Of a stretch of DNA of 64,000 nt, positions 25,193-37,433 are shown piece after piece (within the stretch, counting starts at the first letter, position 1; every line of letters begins with the position of its first letter). Location: NCBI GenBank assembly GCA_965603825.1, contig CBFDEM010000005.1, positions 434,001 to 498,000 on the forward strand. Reading direction: 5' to 3'. The position numbers were made by a program, and so were the translations under genes. The notes under the pieces were generated by a model, which searched no databases, was not told the origin of the DNA, and worked only from the letters and a program-made list of their open reading frames with translations. This DNA is from Blepharisma stoltei ATCC 30299. Its lineage: Eukaryota; Protista; Ciliophora.

Positions 25193-27157
25193 TTATTGGT
25201 TAAAATTCAAGTCAGTGTCTGTAATCTTACAATCAAAAGACGCCATGAATTTCAAAGATGCAGCTGACGTTTTAGAAGGTTTATTTTGGAACGCTGGATA
25301 CAAAGGACCTTCAGGTAGTGATGAGAATATTTCTCCTTGCGGACTAAAAGGGCTAAAGAAAGTCAATGTCCCTGCTTCCATATCTAGGACTACTTTAATT
25401 TTGCAGGTACCCCTTGCAGCTTGATAATTTATTGGGCACCCATAAACTTGCCTTCCTTTTTGTGATGCTACTCCAATTTTAAATGAACTTTGTGAGTCAT
25501 TTGAAAATAGAGCATTGTTTAAAATTTTGACTTCCCAGACATGCTTTCCAAATGGGTATGGGTTTTGGCACAATACGATTCCAGCTCTATCAAATTGAAT
25601 CCATTTTTCTGACCCTCTTGCTATCATTGTTGCGTGCGTTCCTAAAGTGCTTGCATCAATTTTCTGGGCATCGTGTGTTCCTATTGTAACTACTTCGCTT
25701 CAATCCCCTTTTTCATCTGTAGATGCTAAGCTTGGAGACACTCTGAATCTATATGAAGTTTTGGGTAAAAGATCAGTAATTATACAAGTATGAGCTGGGC
25801 CTTTATATACTTGTCGAAACTGCTCAATATTTTGGATCTTTGTGCCTACTCCATATTCCAAGCAATACTGCAAGTCAGGCGAGCCTTTAGGTGGATGGCT
25901 TCAAGACACCTGAATTGCTGAGGCTGTCTGCAATTTTTTAATAAAAACTCGCCTCTCTAATGGATTTTCGTCTAAAGATTGGAATTGGCAAGAAGAATTA
26001 TCTCGAATATGAGTAGGGGTGCAGTTCCGTATTCTTGGAGTAGATGCTTGTTTTTCATCATAAAAATTCATAAGGTCTTTATCTTTCAGGCAGTTTTGTT
26101 CGTTTTTTTTGAGAAGTGTACTTTTATTAGTGATATCGGAAACTCTCTGCCGTGGGGATTTTGAGAAAGAGTTCATACTACCTTTTGGTGATGGCACCCT
26201 TGATGAGTTTTCGTCTCTAAAACAGACCTTTTCTAAAGCAGCTTGCAAGGGTTGTACATTGATTTTACAATCAAAATCAGAGTTTATTGTTAACTCTTGG
26301 CTTTCGTCATTCTCCAGAGCTTGCTCAATTATATGACTTAAATAGCTTAAGCTTGTAAAAATCGTAGTTGCAGACTGATTTTTTGTAGCCGTTATAAACT
26401 GTGCGATTGTCTGCAGTTTTTTTATCCCTTTCTCCAAGGACTCTTTCGAAAAGTTCAGCTGGTTTATTTTTCTTTCTTTAGCAGTCTCAAGTTCACTTAT
26501 AATTTCTTCTTCTTTTCACTTCAACATTTGTTTCATTGAGTTAAACGCTTGCGTTACTTGCAACTTTACCTGATTTGCATTATTTTCGATCCCGTCCAAG
26601 CTTTCTTTGACCCTTATGATCCCTTGCTTGATTTCTCTAGATTTTGCTTCAATTTTTTCTTGCTTAATTTGAATCTCATTTAAAGCATCATCTATGACTT
26701 CATCGAAGGCTAAAACAGCGTGATCTTCATGCATGCTTAAACATCTGTCACAAATAGCTTTTCACTCATCAGTACAGATGTGACTGAAACTGAGTCCATG
26801 CTCTTGGCATTTTTCTTCTGATTTTCCAGCATCGTAATTGTTTGCGGCTGTAACGATATGCCTTCTGTAAACTCCTAGCGAATGTAGGTGTGCTGAACAG
26901 TCTTTACACAAGTATGCCACACATTGTTTACAAAGCACTGTACTAGGCTTGTTTTCGCACCGTTCGCAGGTCTTTAAATCTTTATGTAATAACGATTGCA
27001 GAATTCTATTTGGGATTATTTCCTCTTCACATATTGAAATACCGCAAAACGGGCACTGGTCACTGACGTGTTCTTTGCAGACTGATTTCAAGCAGCAGCT
27101 TAAAATGACTGGACTGTTTGGAAAACTTTGGCATAGCTCGCATTGGAATTCTTCCAT
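25193..27157 (-). CDS. TRIM-like protein: RING, two B-boxes, coiled coil, FN3, SPRY/B30.2-like; 654 aa
   Basis: One frame via TGA. CELC..CC..CKEH..CPFC; CERC..CKQC..LCKDC..H; CQEH..; IQVS[W]..YCLEY..VYKG..DLLPKTSYRFRV..GD[W]SE; GKHVWEV..IGVA..LDMEAGTLTFF..PLYPAF. Confidence 0.85.
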
Positions 27158-27187
27158 TTTAAATTTGGCGCCGATATAATATTACAT

Positions 27188-28876
27188 TTAAGATAAATTA
27201 GAAGAGCTGTTATTAGATGATGCTATAAAAGCACTGATTTTCTGAGCTACAGCTGTATTATCTGAGTAAAGCTTGATGGTGTAGTCATGAGAATTATAGA
27301 GAAATTTTGGGTTAAAAAGATGAAACTTTTTGTATTTTTGCAGATTCGTGATGAGCTTGTTACCCAAAAACAAAAATTGTTGGTAGAGATGCTGGTTTTT
27401 AGAGTGCTCAAGAAGGAGGGTTTTAAGTAGGTCTTCACGCTTGTGGATGAGATGGAGGATTTTTAGAATAGTTTTACGAACAATGAGAAGCTTCTTGCAA
27501 GCTTTGCTGAGAGCTTTGAGAGTTTTGAAAGTTGGGAGAGTATCAATAAGAAGCTCGAGTTTTAACTTGTCAAGGGTGATTCGAGCTTTGAGGAGGATTT
27601 TTGAAACCTCCGGACCATCACTTCAAGGTCTTTTGGCAAGCTCAAAAATTTCATGTTCTGTGAATAAGGCAATATCATTTTCTGAGTTAAACTGAAAAAG
27701 ATGAGAAATTGCATAGCTGTCTAGCACTGTATTTTTTCAATCTACTTGTGGTAGATTGGAAGGGACATTTTCTGATTTTTGACTTTGGGGAGCAGGCTTT
27801 TCAGGTGCTAATTTCACTATTTTTGAAAACCTTGAAAGCTTTGGTTTTTTTATTTGGACAATTCCATATGGGCTTCGGAATGGAGAAGTATTTACGAAAC
27901 TTCTTGGTTTGCTAGATGTTGATAGGCATTCATTTGAACTGAAATTTTCGTGGTCAGAAATCTTTCCCCTTCTGCATGATGAGTATCTTTTAGGCTCTGC
28001 TGGAGGGTGTGCGACAATTTTAGTTAAAATTCGAGGATTTTTTAGCTGTTCTAGCACGTATATCCAAGAGTTCCTATTTTTAACAGCATCCGAATTCATA
28101 ATTTGGTTAATCTCTTTAACCCTGCTTTCTGGGTTTTGCGGTCTTTTGCTTGAGTAGCTATTTGATCTTTCCTGCGGATTGTTTAAATTTTCATCGCTAT
28201 TATTAATTTTTGGATTTGTTGAGCTTTTATTTGACCTCTTAGCCTCTGGTGTTCTATTAGAAGCTGCTGGAGACTTTTTGCTAGCAATTGGCTTGATATC
28301 AATATTTTTCTTTTGGTTTTTATTTATATGTTTTATTTCTTGAGCTTTTTGGGCTATTTTTTGAGCAAATACATCATCTCCATAGCTTGAACTGTCATCC
28401 AAAATCCCTGATTCTCATTCCTCATTTCCGTTGATAGACAGTTGATTATTGTGAGATTTTTCAGCATTAAATTCTTGGTTTTGTGGAGTATTTGTTTCGA
28501 TTTCTTTTAAGGTTGGGGTTTGCTTATGTATTGCTTCTTGACTGTTAAAGGATTCTTGGTTTCTTACCGAAGATTCTTTACTTTCAATTTTTGGGTTTAA
28601 TTTAGCTTTGATATTTAGAGAGGGGTCTGAGGACTCAAAGCTGTCATTATATTGATCAGATTCATTTTCACTCTGTATAATAGAGCCTTTATCTTTAGAG
28701 TTCGATATTTTTGAACTGTTTCCTTCTGGATTTGGCTTACTTTCAACTGTTTCATCAAGAAAATCTTCAGAGTATTCGTCAAAGGAAACAATTTGGCTTC
28801 CATTATTTGATTGTAAAGGAAATGAGTATTTTTGGTTTGCAGTAGTCAAATTATCAGTGAAGGGATTTTTACTCAT
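27188..28876 (-). CDS. Uncharacterised 562-aa protein (disordered S/N/K-rich N-terminus, helical C-terminus)
   Basis: ORFs 28415-28876, 27737-28402 and 27188-27373 form one frame broken only by TGA. Confidence 0.8.
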
Positions 28877-29292
28877 GCTTAATAATTAATTTCTTCGATA
28901 TTTTAGATTAAAAATTAATTAGCATTTAAGCTATAATTATGGTTTTATTTAATGATGAAATTCATATCAATAATTTTTGAACATTGGATACATTGCATAT
29001 CCAAAATAAAATAAAATAATATTTAATACTCCTGCTTTAATGTATTGTGGTATTCCTATGTAGCTATTTAATTTCATAAATGTTTCATTTCATATTTAGA
29101 TATAATTTAAAAAGGAATTAGTAGACATGAAAGGGAATTTAATTTATATCCTTTTAAGATGCTCCTGAAATAAATATGAATTAAAGAAATTCTATATTAA
29201 AAATTCTTCTCAAAATAATTATTTAAGAAATTTTACAATATTATTAGGCGTTTTATTATTTATCTGCATATCATCGTTACAAATAAAATCAA

Positions 29293-30480
29293 ATGGAAGA
29301 CAGTTCACCTAGCTATTCAGTAAGCGCATCGCGAAGCCAATCTCAACCCCTACAAACACCTTCTCTTGAAATACAAAATTCTCAAGATTTCTTCGGACTT
29401 ACTCCTTCCCCACCTAACAAAAACATAGAACTAATAAGCAACTACTCCAGCTCTGTATATGAAACGCTCCCTATTCTACCCTTACCTACTGTCACATACC
29501 TTCCTCCTCAGTCTAAAATGGTTTTCGACAGACTTATTGAAGATGTCAATAAGCGTAACCACCTAAAAATTAAGGTAAAAAAATTTCTATTATGCAGAGA
29601 AGAAGAAGAAATAAAATCTTTCAGATCTCCTAAAAGATTAACGAAAGGACAAGTTGAAGATCTTTATAATCGATTATTAGCCGATCAACAGAAAAGACAA
29701 GAATCTCAACGTTTAAGGCAAATGATGAAAGAGTGTTTTATAAAAGAATCACCAAAATCTGTAATTAGTAAACAAAAAGAAGAAGAACTTTTAGCAAGAC
29801 TTAGCGGATATGCAAAGAAGAAGAAAGAATGGCTCGAAATTATGCAAGAAAAGAAAAGAGAGCTAGAAGATGAAGAATTTGAAAGACTGCAAGGATTCTT
29901 TCAGAAAAAATGCAGGGACCCAGATTTATTTGAAAGACTAAGTGTGCCTAAATCAAAACCTTCATCTAGAAGCTTGTCAGCGACAAGACTAAATTTTGTA
30001 TCACCACCCAGATCTCCAACTGTAAAAGCGAAAAAAATATGCCTGGTGAGTAAAAAACCTATTGATAAATGCATAAGCTCTGCAAGAACACAAGATACAC
30101 TTGACGTCTCTAATTCAAAATCAAGCTCATGTGAGTCAACTGTTCCATTGTGCGTCGATGCCAAGCCAGCAACACCTTTCAGTCCAAAGCAAGCAGGATT
30201 AAGTCACCCATGCACTCCTAACCCAGAGTCAACAATGAGAACTTGGTGTACCGCAAGAGTTTCACTAGTCTCTGAAGATAATAAGACGGAAAGTCCAAAA
30301 GGCAAATTTACATTTCTCAATGTCGATGATTATTTGAACAATCTTAAGGCAAAAATTAAGTCAGAAATAGCCCAAGCCAAAAATCAAAGCTGCTTGCCTC
30401 GTGAAATAAGCCCAAGCTTATGGAAAATTTTCAAATTATTCCCAGAACTCGAGAAAAAAATGAAGATTTTGCCGAGATAA
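29293..30480 (+). CDS. Uncharacterised 395-aa basic/coiled protein
   Basis: ATG-to-TAA ORF with recurrent F/Y-x-RL motifs. Confidence 0.8.
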   Translation: MEDSSPSYSVSASRSQSQPLQTPSLEIQNSQDFFGLTPSPPNKNIELISNYSSSVYETLPILPLPTVTYLPPQSKMVFDRLIEDVNKRNHLKIKVKKFLLCREEEEIKSFRSPKRLTKGQVEDLYNRLLADQQKRQESQRLRQMMKECFIKESPKSVISKQKEEELLARLSGYAKKKKEWLEIMQEKKRELEDEEFERLQGFFQKKCRDPDLFERLSVPKSKPSSRSLSATRLNFVSPPRSPTVKAKKICLVSKKPIDKCISSARTQDTLDVSNSKSSSCESTVPLCVDAKPATPFSPKQAGLSHPCTPNPESTMRTWCTARVSLVSEDNKTESPKGKFTFLNVDDYLNNLKAKIKSEIAQAKNQSCLPREISPSLWKIFKLFPELEKKMKILPR

Positions 30481-30504
30481 ATTCTTAGAATTAATTTTAA
30501 TGTT

Positions 30505-31215
30505 TTAAAGCAGGAACTCATTGATTCCCATCTTTGGATAAATGGCTAAATTGGCAAGTAAAATCGCTGTCAAAGCCAATAAAACTTGAATAATATGGAA
30601 CACCCTAAGAAAAGAGAATTTCGTATATGCGCTTTTGAATCTATCATTGTAAACCATAAACAGTACTCTTCCCTCAGTTTGTCTTTGCCTCAAGAACGAT
30701 ACTTGTGACTCCCTTAGTCCAATAGCGACTAAATCCTGTGTAGGCACGTCGAAATATACATTCATCAACTTTGCTCTCTTGCAGACTTCTGGTGCATAAA
30801 TCATATACTTAAAAGGGTCATCACATAGCTGTCTGTTAGCTCTATGAGCTTTAAATATTCTTTCATAAATAAACCACACAACAAGCCATACAACGATTAC
30901 AAAAATGTTAATGAATGGAATTAAGCCAAGGATAAAAGTAATGAAAAAGGAAAAGATCATATAGAGAGCATGTGTGTCTGCTTCCAATAAAGTCCAAAAT
31001 CTTTTCATCCAGAGCCCATAAAAGCAGTTATTGTCGATTCCTTCAAATGTTCCTTCTGATACACGATTGCATTTGGCATTAAATTGCTTTACCACATGAT
31101 TATAAATGCCTATAGGATCCTCTGAAGTAATAAATTTGGGTTTTCCTGATTGCCTTTGTGAGAGATTTCTATAGAAGCGGTCTGCTTGAGATTCGACCTC
31201 TGAGTCTGCGGACAT
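30505..31215 (-). CDS. Uncharacterised membrane protein, 236 aa
   Basis: ATG-to-TAA ORF with about three hydrophobic segments. Confidence 0.8.
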   Translation of the reverse strand: MSADSEVESQADRFYRNLSQRQSGKPKFITSEDPIGIYNHVVKQFNAKCNRVSEGTFEGIDNNCFYGLWMKRFWTLLEADTHALYMIFSFFITFILGLIPFINIFVIVVWLVVWFIYERIFKAHRANRQLCDDPFKYMIYAPEVCKRAKLMNVYFDVPTQDLVAIGLRESQVSFLRQRQTEGRVLFMVYNDRFKSAYTKFSFLRVFHIIQVLLALTAILLANLAIYPKMGINEFLL

Positions 31216-31296
31216 TTATAAAAATACACCAAAATTATCTCTATCGAATTAAACTAAAATTTCGCTATAAAGCTTATTTAAAAACAAAAAATTTAT

Positions 31297-33405
31297 TTAA
31301 TTTGTATCAATAATGCAAATAAGGCATTCTGACGCACATGTGGCAAGTTTTCCATTTCTCCAGTCCAATCCTTCAACAGACCCATTATGAATTCTTCCAT
31401 AAAATCCGTTTTCAAGAGTTTCTAAGTGGAAAATCATCAGGTAGCCATTCTGAGTAACGCAAGCTACTCGTTTGCCGTTTTCTTCTATTGCTGCATACGT
31501 AATGGTATGCCATTCTCTAATAAAATTGGTCGTAAAGATGTGCAATAAAGTCCAGGTCTTAGGGTCGTAAATTCTCATAGTTTGGTCATCAGATGATGTC
31601 AAAAACAATTCGCAAATTTCTGCATTTTTAATTGAAGTTGCTGAGATTGGGAGCCACCTAACACCTGTAACTGCTTTAGAGTGCTTAGGAAGAGCAATTA
31701 TCATATTTTTCGAAGTTCAGTCCCAGATGTTGACAGTTTGATCTTCAGAGCCTGTTGCTATTAAGCCGGAATCAGGTGACCATGCTAAAGTCCATATTTC
31801 ACTGAAATATTTGAGAGAGCCGAAATTTACGTCTTCACTATCTGATTGTTTGTCATGGGCAATAAAACTCGTATCTACGCTCATATTGCTATCAGCAGCT
31901 TTCGATAGAATTCAAAGCTCTCCATTCTTGGTTCCAGCTGCTAGATAATCTTTTATTAAGCCCTGCTTTCAGCTCATACATATAACATCACTTTGCAAAT
32001 TCCAAATTTGATCGTAATTCTCAGTTTCCCCATTTACTTTATACAAATGCCCGTCGAGGCCTCCAAGATAGATTTCTTTTCCATTAATATCCCACGACAA
32101 ACATCGAATGCCCGATGGAATTTGTCTTTCATACACAAGTTGATAGGTTTTTGTATCAAAGACTTTTATATTCCCAACAAAATCTCCGACAGCAATTAAA
32201 TCTTCTATTGGGTTTATCTCAAGGCCACAACAAGTGATTTTAAAAAACTCTAATTTCAATTCTTTTGTGATTTCACTTGAATTGGGAAAGTCTTTAAAAT
32301 TTCACAGGAAAATGCCGTATTCATTAAGCCCAACCAATACCGAATCTTGAATAATTCATCTTAGGTATGCGCAAGTTTTATTTATCCACTGAATCCCTGT
32401 TTTTACTGTTTGAAAAGCAGGATTAACGAAATTTAAGTCGATTTCTCCCAAAACTTTTTCTTGATTTATATCGAATTTTGTATAAATTCCTGAATTTGGT
32501 GAAAAATAGCAAAAATTATCAATAAACTCTAAGCAAAGCATTGATCCAGCTCCAGTTACTTTAAACATATGAAGAATTTCCAAAGTTTCCATATCAATAA
32601 TAGCTATTGTTCTGCACAAGTATCCTACTGCAATTTGTCCTTTCCTATTTGTTATAATTGAGTTAATCCTACTGAAATTTGGTAAAGTAATAGATAACGA
32701 ATTTCTGTCCCCTTCAATTCTTTGGAACAAGCAGCCATAGTATATGAATTTTCTCTGATGCCGTTGTCTCATGGTTTCCATTATATCATCAATAGGATCT
32801 TCACTATCAGAATCGCTATGAAAATCTGTGCAAGCTAAATCTTCAGGAATAGGCATATCTCTTTGTCTTAGACATGGCCCTCTATGCTCATCTGGTGTAT
32901 TCTCTCTTAATGCGAAAAGAGAATTTAGATGTGAAAACTCACATAGTTTATAATTTCCTCGAATAGTTAGAATTTTTTCAAAGCTAAAGTTTTCATTAAT
33001 CCTCCAAACATCAATAATTCCATTATAAACTCCAAATACAGATGATGCAGCTACTAAATTTCCTTGATTATTTACACATCCATGACGAACAATACGCTCT
33101 GAACAGATTGCTGATGATAGCAGAGTTCCAGATAAAGAAAAAAGCTTGATTTCTCCACAATAAGCCATTGTTGTAAGCTTGTCTGGGCTATCAGGAGGAA
33201 TTGGGAGAGTAACTACAATTGAATTGTTGTGAGCTTGAAATCTGTACAATTCTTGTAGAGTAAGAGCATCACGTTTAACAATATGACCACCAATAGGGTG
33301 ATAAAGGGAAGGTGAAGGCTCTGAAGTTATGAACACATTTTGAAAACGGCTTGAGTGGAGACCGATGTATTGGGATTTTAGGTATGAATAGGGTTTCTGA
33401 TCCAT
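31297..33405 (-). CDS. WD40-repeat protein, 702 aa
   Basis: Three ORF pieces in one frame via TGA. HSKAVTGVRW, SSDDQTMRIYD, ATGSEDQTVNIWD, HNGSVEGLDW. Confidence 0.85.
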
Positions 33406-33912
33406 TCTGAAAATTTTATGAGGAAAAATAAACTGAGTTTTATGAGATTTGCAATGTATGGCTTGCTTGAAAGATCATAGATAATATAATAATTTTCTAT
33501 GAGTAATAAGCTATATCATATTCAGTTGCAATATAAGTAGATAATTAAATCTATTCTATTCTACTAAATTATAACAGCGCTCGCTGTTGAAGCCCTTAAG
33601 GCTCTTTAATAGCCAATCTGTCATGATAATTAAATCAAATAATAAAAAACTCTTAATTCACATATTAGGAGCTTGCCGCCATAAAAAATTATGCAGAATT
33701 TTAAATATTTATTTCATAAAATATTGCCTATTATTTATTTAATATAGATTATTAAACAATAATGATATCTTGAGAAATCTTACTCTTTTCTTACCTAATA
33801 TCATTTTTATAATAATTTTTTAAATAATTTTTAATATTATTTTAATATTTATCAAAATTAAATCTTTAATTAATCAGGGGGATTTGCAATTATAATATAA
33901 TAAACAATCTAA

Positions 33913-34947
33913 ATGCAACAAGCTCCAGAAACACTTCTTGCAAATAGCACGATTCAATTCAGCACTTCATGTGAAATTTGTGGTAAAGATTATGATCCCA
34001 TCAATCAACTGCCATATATTCTGCAAAATTGCAAACATTATTTCTGCTTGCCTTGCCTTAACAAAAATAAGATGCGTTCAACAGCTGAAACAACAGGATC
34101 ACTATATTATCTCTGCCCAACTTGCAAAGGTAAAAGTCGATATGCTGACAAGCACTCTTCTCTTGTTAAATATTTAGAAAAAAAAGTTTGTCTTCATCAT
34201 GGCTTGGATTTTGTCGCTTTTTGCCCAAGCCATGACCATCTTCTGTGTGCCACTTGTCTTCCAGAGCACAAAAGGCAAGAATATTTTATGCTAGATAGTC
34301 CAAAAATAAAAAAATACACAAAAGATAAAGAAGTTCTACTAACAGAGTTTGTGAATAGAATGCATGACTACATAAATATATCTAAAATAGAGGTTCAGGA
34401 GCTTGAAGACCTAAGGGATCAAAATAGCCAATATGAATTACATATCAGCAAAATTATTGAAACAAAAGAAGGAATGATTAAAACAATAAATGAAAAAGCT
34501 CAGACTTGCATCAATGAAATTGAAGGAATTATAAAGAAGAAAGAAATAAAAGAACTCTTACAGACAATAACTGATAACTTAAGCCATTATGCAAGAGTCT
34601 TTAAACTTATGCAGAAGAAAAAGGATAAGTTTCCTAATCTTGACGAAATTAGCCAGTTGGAAATTAAAAATAAAGATATGACTCTAATCAAGCCCGCTAA
34701 AATGTTTAATAGGGATAAATTAGTAGCGCCGCCTATAGATACGATTGATTATGAAGGCTCTATAGAGCAAGGGGCATTAGCATATAAAAGGAGGAAATTA
34801 AAGATGGAGCAAGAGCCAGAGGAAACCAATGAAGCAATTGCCAATGAGCTAATTCAATCTCAGCAAGCAGCAATCGAGAATGAAAATCAAAATAACCTTC
34901 GGGATCAAGAAACAAATCAAGCTCTTGATCAAACTCAAGCTAATTAA
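33913..34947 (+). CDS. RING / B-box / coiled-coil protein, 344 aa
   Basis: CEIC..CKHYFCLPC..CPTC, then CLHH..FCPSHDHLLCATCLPEH. Confidence 0.88.
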   Translation: MQQAPETLLANSTIQFSTSCEICGKDYDPINQLPYILQNCKHYFCLPCLNKNKMRSTAETTGSLYYLCPTCKGKSRYADKHSSLVKYLEKKVCLHHGLDFVAFCPSHDHLLCATCLPEHKRQEYFMLDSPKIKKYTKDKEVLLTEFVNRMHDYINISKIEVQELEDLRDQNSQYELHISKIIETKEGMIKTINEKAQTCINEIEGIIKKKEIKELLQTITDNLSHYARVFKLMQKKKDKFPNLDEISQLEIKNKDMTLIKPAKMFNRDKLVAPPIDTIDYEGSIEQGALAYKRRKLKMEQEPEETNEAIANELIQSQQAAIENENQNNLRDQETNQALDQTQAN

Positions 34948-35206
34948 GATGCATTTGAATTATTTTAATAATATTAGGATTTAGCTAATATGCCGAGTAT
35001 TTAATATTATTTTTTATATTTAAATTGCCTCTAAAATTATTGTTTTATCATATATAATCTTTTGTGAAATTCGATTATTAAAGTTAAAACTTGCTTAAGT
35101 ATTAAAAAACATTTGGTAAATCATGAACTAAATACAAAAATATAATTATTCTCACATTACTCAATTTAGGCTTGCTTATTCAATTCATCTTTATTTAATT
35201 TCAGTT

Positions 35207-36595
35207 ATGGATTTAAAGCAAAAACTCGAGTATCAACAAGGAATTGAGGATTATTTAGAATCAAATGATGTCTATGAGCTCTTTGAGTATCTACTAAAAG
35301 AACTTCTAGTCGACAAGCCAGAAGATCCCATTGATTTTCTCATTCATAAACTTGAAAATCCTCGCCGCCGACGTCTATTTCTTGTAGGAGGGATTGGAAA
35401 CTCTCGTCGTATGATAGCTCGAGACTTGGCATCAAGATTCAGAGTTGAGGCAGTCAATGTTTATGATCTTCTGAAAAACGAGGTCAAAAAAGCTGGAAAG
35501 CACGCAGAAGGAATCCTTACAGCCTGGCGTTCAGGTATCTACGTTCCAGATGACATAATTCTTGAAATTTTAATGCCAGTTCTCGAAGGCCTAGAAAAGC
35601 AAGGCAAGAGTTACATACTAAATGGTTGTCCTAGAACAAGAGTTCAAAGTCTTGCTCTTCAAAGAGCAGGAATCATTCCAGACCGAATTGGAATTTTAAC
35701 TACAGATGAAAACGCTTATAAAGAAAAATTCAGACAAAACTTCATTGAGTCTCAAGAACAAAAACCATCAGACGAGAGCATCGCTGAATTAGCCTCACAA
35801 AGAGCAATAGAAGAGCTCAGCTATAACTTAAATGGCGTCAAAGATGTGTACAAAAACCAATGGCATGAAATTGAGTCTACTGGAACTGTTGATAAAGTCG
35901 CTGATAAGGTAGCAAGAATTTTCTTAATGAAAGGAAGATCTAATGCTCCTAGAAGACCACCAAAAGTAATCCTATTAGGGCCGCCAGGATCAGGAAAATC
36001 GACACAAGCTCAAAATTTATCTGTTAGATACGGATTAACACTGGTATCAACAAGCCAATTACTAAGGGATCAAATCAATAGAAAGTCAGAAATCGGGAAA
36101 AATATAGCAGCAATTATGTCAACTGGAGATATGGTACCTGATTTCATAATTACAGAATTGGTTAGAAATAGACTGCAGGAAACAGACTGCAAGATGAATG
36201 GGTGGATTTTAGATGGGTTTCCAAAAACTGTGGAGCAGGTAAGGTCGCTTAAAGAGTTCAAAATTCAACCATCTCATGTGTTTTTCTTAGAGAGCTCTGA
36301 TGCATTAATATATGAAAGAATTGAGCAAAGAAGGCTAGATCCCGTTACTGGAAAGTACTATAGTGTTGCAGCACTCCCAGACGATCAAAATTTAAGAGAT
36401 CGTTTAGTAATCCTTGAAGAAGACTCTCATGAAGCAGCCAGAAAAAGACTTCAAAACTATAAAGAGCATTCTACAAAGCTGCATGCAGAATTTGCTAAAG
36501 TTGGGATGAACATCAAAGCAGAGTTAGATGAGAATTTGATATCTGAAATGATTGGAGATGCTATTGAAAATTCTATTCCACATGAATTTGACTAA
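35207..36595 (+). CDS. Adenylate kinase 8-like (docking/Dpy-30-type N-terminus plus two AK domains), 462 aa
   Basis: LLKELLVDKPEDPIDFL; degenerate first P-loop GGIGNSRR; intact GPPGSGKST, WILDGFPKT, RRLDPVTG. Confidence 0.88.
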   Translation: MDLKQKLEYQQGIEDYLESNDVYELFEYLLKELLVDKPEDPIDFLIHKLENPRRRRLFLVGGIGNSRRMIARDLASRFRVEAVNVYDLLKNEVKKAGKHAEGILTAWRSGIYVPDDIILEILMPVLEGLEKQGKSYILNGCPRTRVQSLALQRAGIIPDRIGILTTDENAYKEKFRQNFIESQEQKPSDESIAELASQRAIEELSYNLNGVKDVYKNQWHEIESTGTVDKVADKVARIFLMKGRSNAPRRPPKVILLGPPGSGKSTQAQNLSVRYGLTLVSTSQLLRDQINRKSEIGKNIAAIMSTGDMVPDFIITELVRNRLQETDCKMNGWILDGFPKTVEQVRSLKEFKIQPSHVFFLESSDALIYERIEQRRLDPVTGKYYSVAALPDDQNLRDRLVILEEDSHEAARKRLQNYKEHSTKLHAEFAKVGMNIKAELDENLISEMIGDAIENSIPHEFD

Positions 36596-36668
36596 ATTCT
36601 TAATAAATTTCTTCTTAATCATAATATCAAGTTTATAAATATGAAAAAAATTATTTCCCAGAAATAAA

Positions 36669-37300
36669 ATGCCCTACTCGTCATCATGCCTTTCATTTCT
36701 TTTCTGCAAGAACAATAAAAAAAGATCTAGCAAAAAAAGCTCAAGATCAACCATAAATATTTCTTCTTTTCAAGAATTTATATCACATAAGGCGAATTCT
36801 TCAACACAGACACCTTCATCTGGTGACATCGAGTTTAAACAAACCTCACCTTTACAAAAATTGCATCTGCAGCATTAGCTGCAAATTCATCCCACAGGTC
36901 AACAATTGCCATTAAAAAGACAGATGGCTTCTTTCAGAATTTCCAAAACCAGGATAAGCTTGAAACTGCAGAGTCAGATTTATCGGTATCATCTATAACA
37001 AATCAATTATCTTACGGAGTATACGTAGAATCCTCGTTGTCAAATAAGACATTTTGCGGTATATTTAATTCAAAAGATGATGGGATTCGCTGGGATAAAA
37101 AATTCAGCTCAGCTAATCCATCGAAACTTCTATCAAACCCTTTTGCTACTGACACCAATAGTAATCGGCTAAGAGTTGTTGCGATAACTCCTATGGCTTG
37201 CTTAAGGCGAAGGTTCTTGCCTAAAAATCAAAGAAAAAATGACAATATGGCAGATACTGATAAATTCAGAGAGTGTGAATGGATGATTTTGAAGGGTTAA
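36669..37300 (+). CDS. Uncharacterised ~210-aa protein with an apparent 1-bp frameshift near 36856-36860
   Basis: ORF 36669-36878 overlaps an open frame 36839-37300; one extra base in the A-run would join them. Confidence 0.5.
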
Positions 37301-37433
37301 GCAGCAATAGCTTAGTAAATCTTTAGAAGCATTAATTTAAAATAATTTTATTATCAAATATAATTCTTGCCTTAAAATTTAATTTTATTGCACATCTCTT
37401 ATTAATTTTTAAATTATTAGATTAAATTAGTTT

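Noticed and set aside
36839-36878. Euplotes-style programmed frameshifting
   Set aside because: A -1 shift is needed and there is no AAA-stop motif; an indel is simpler.
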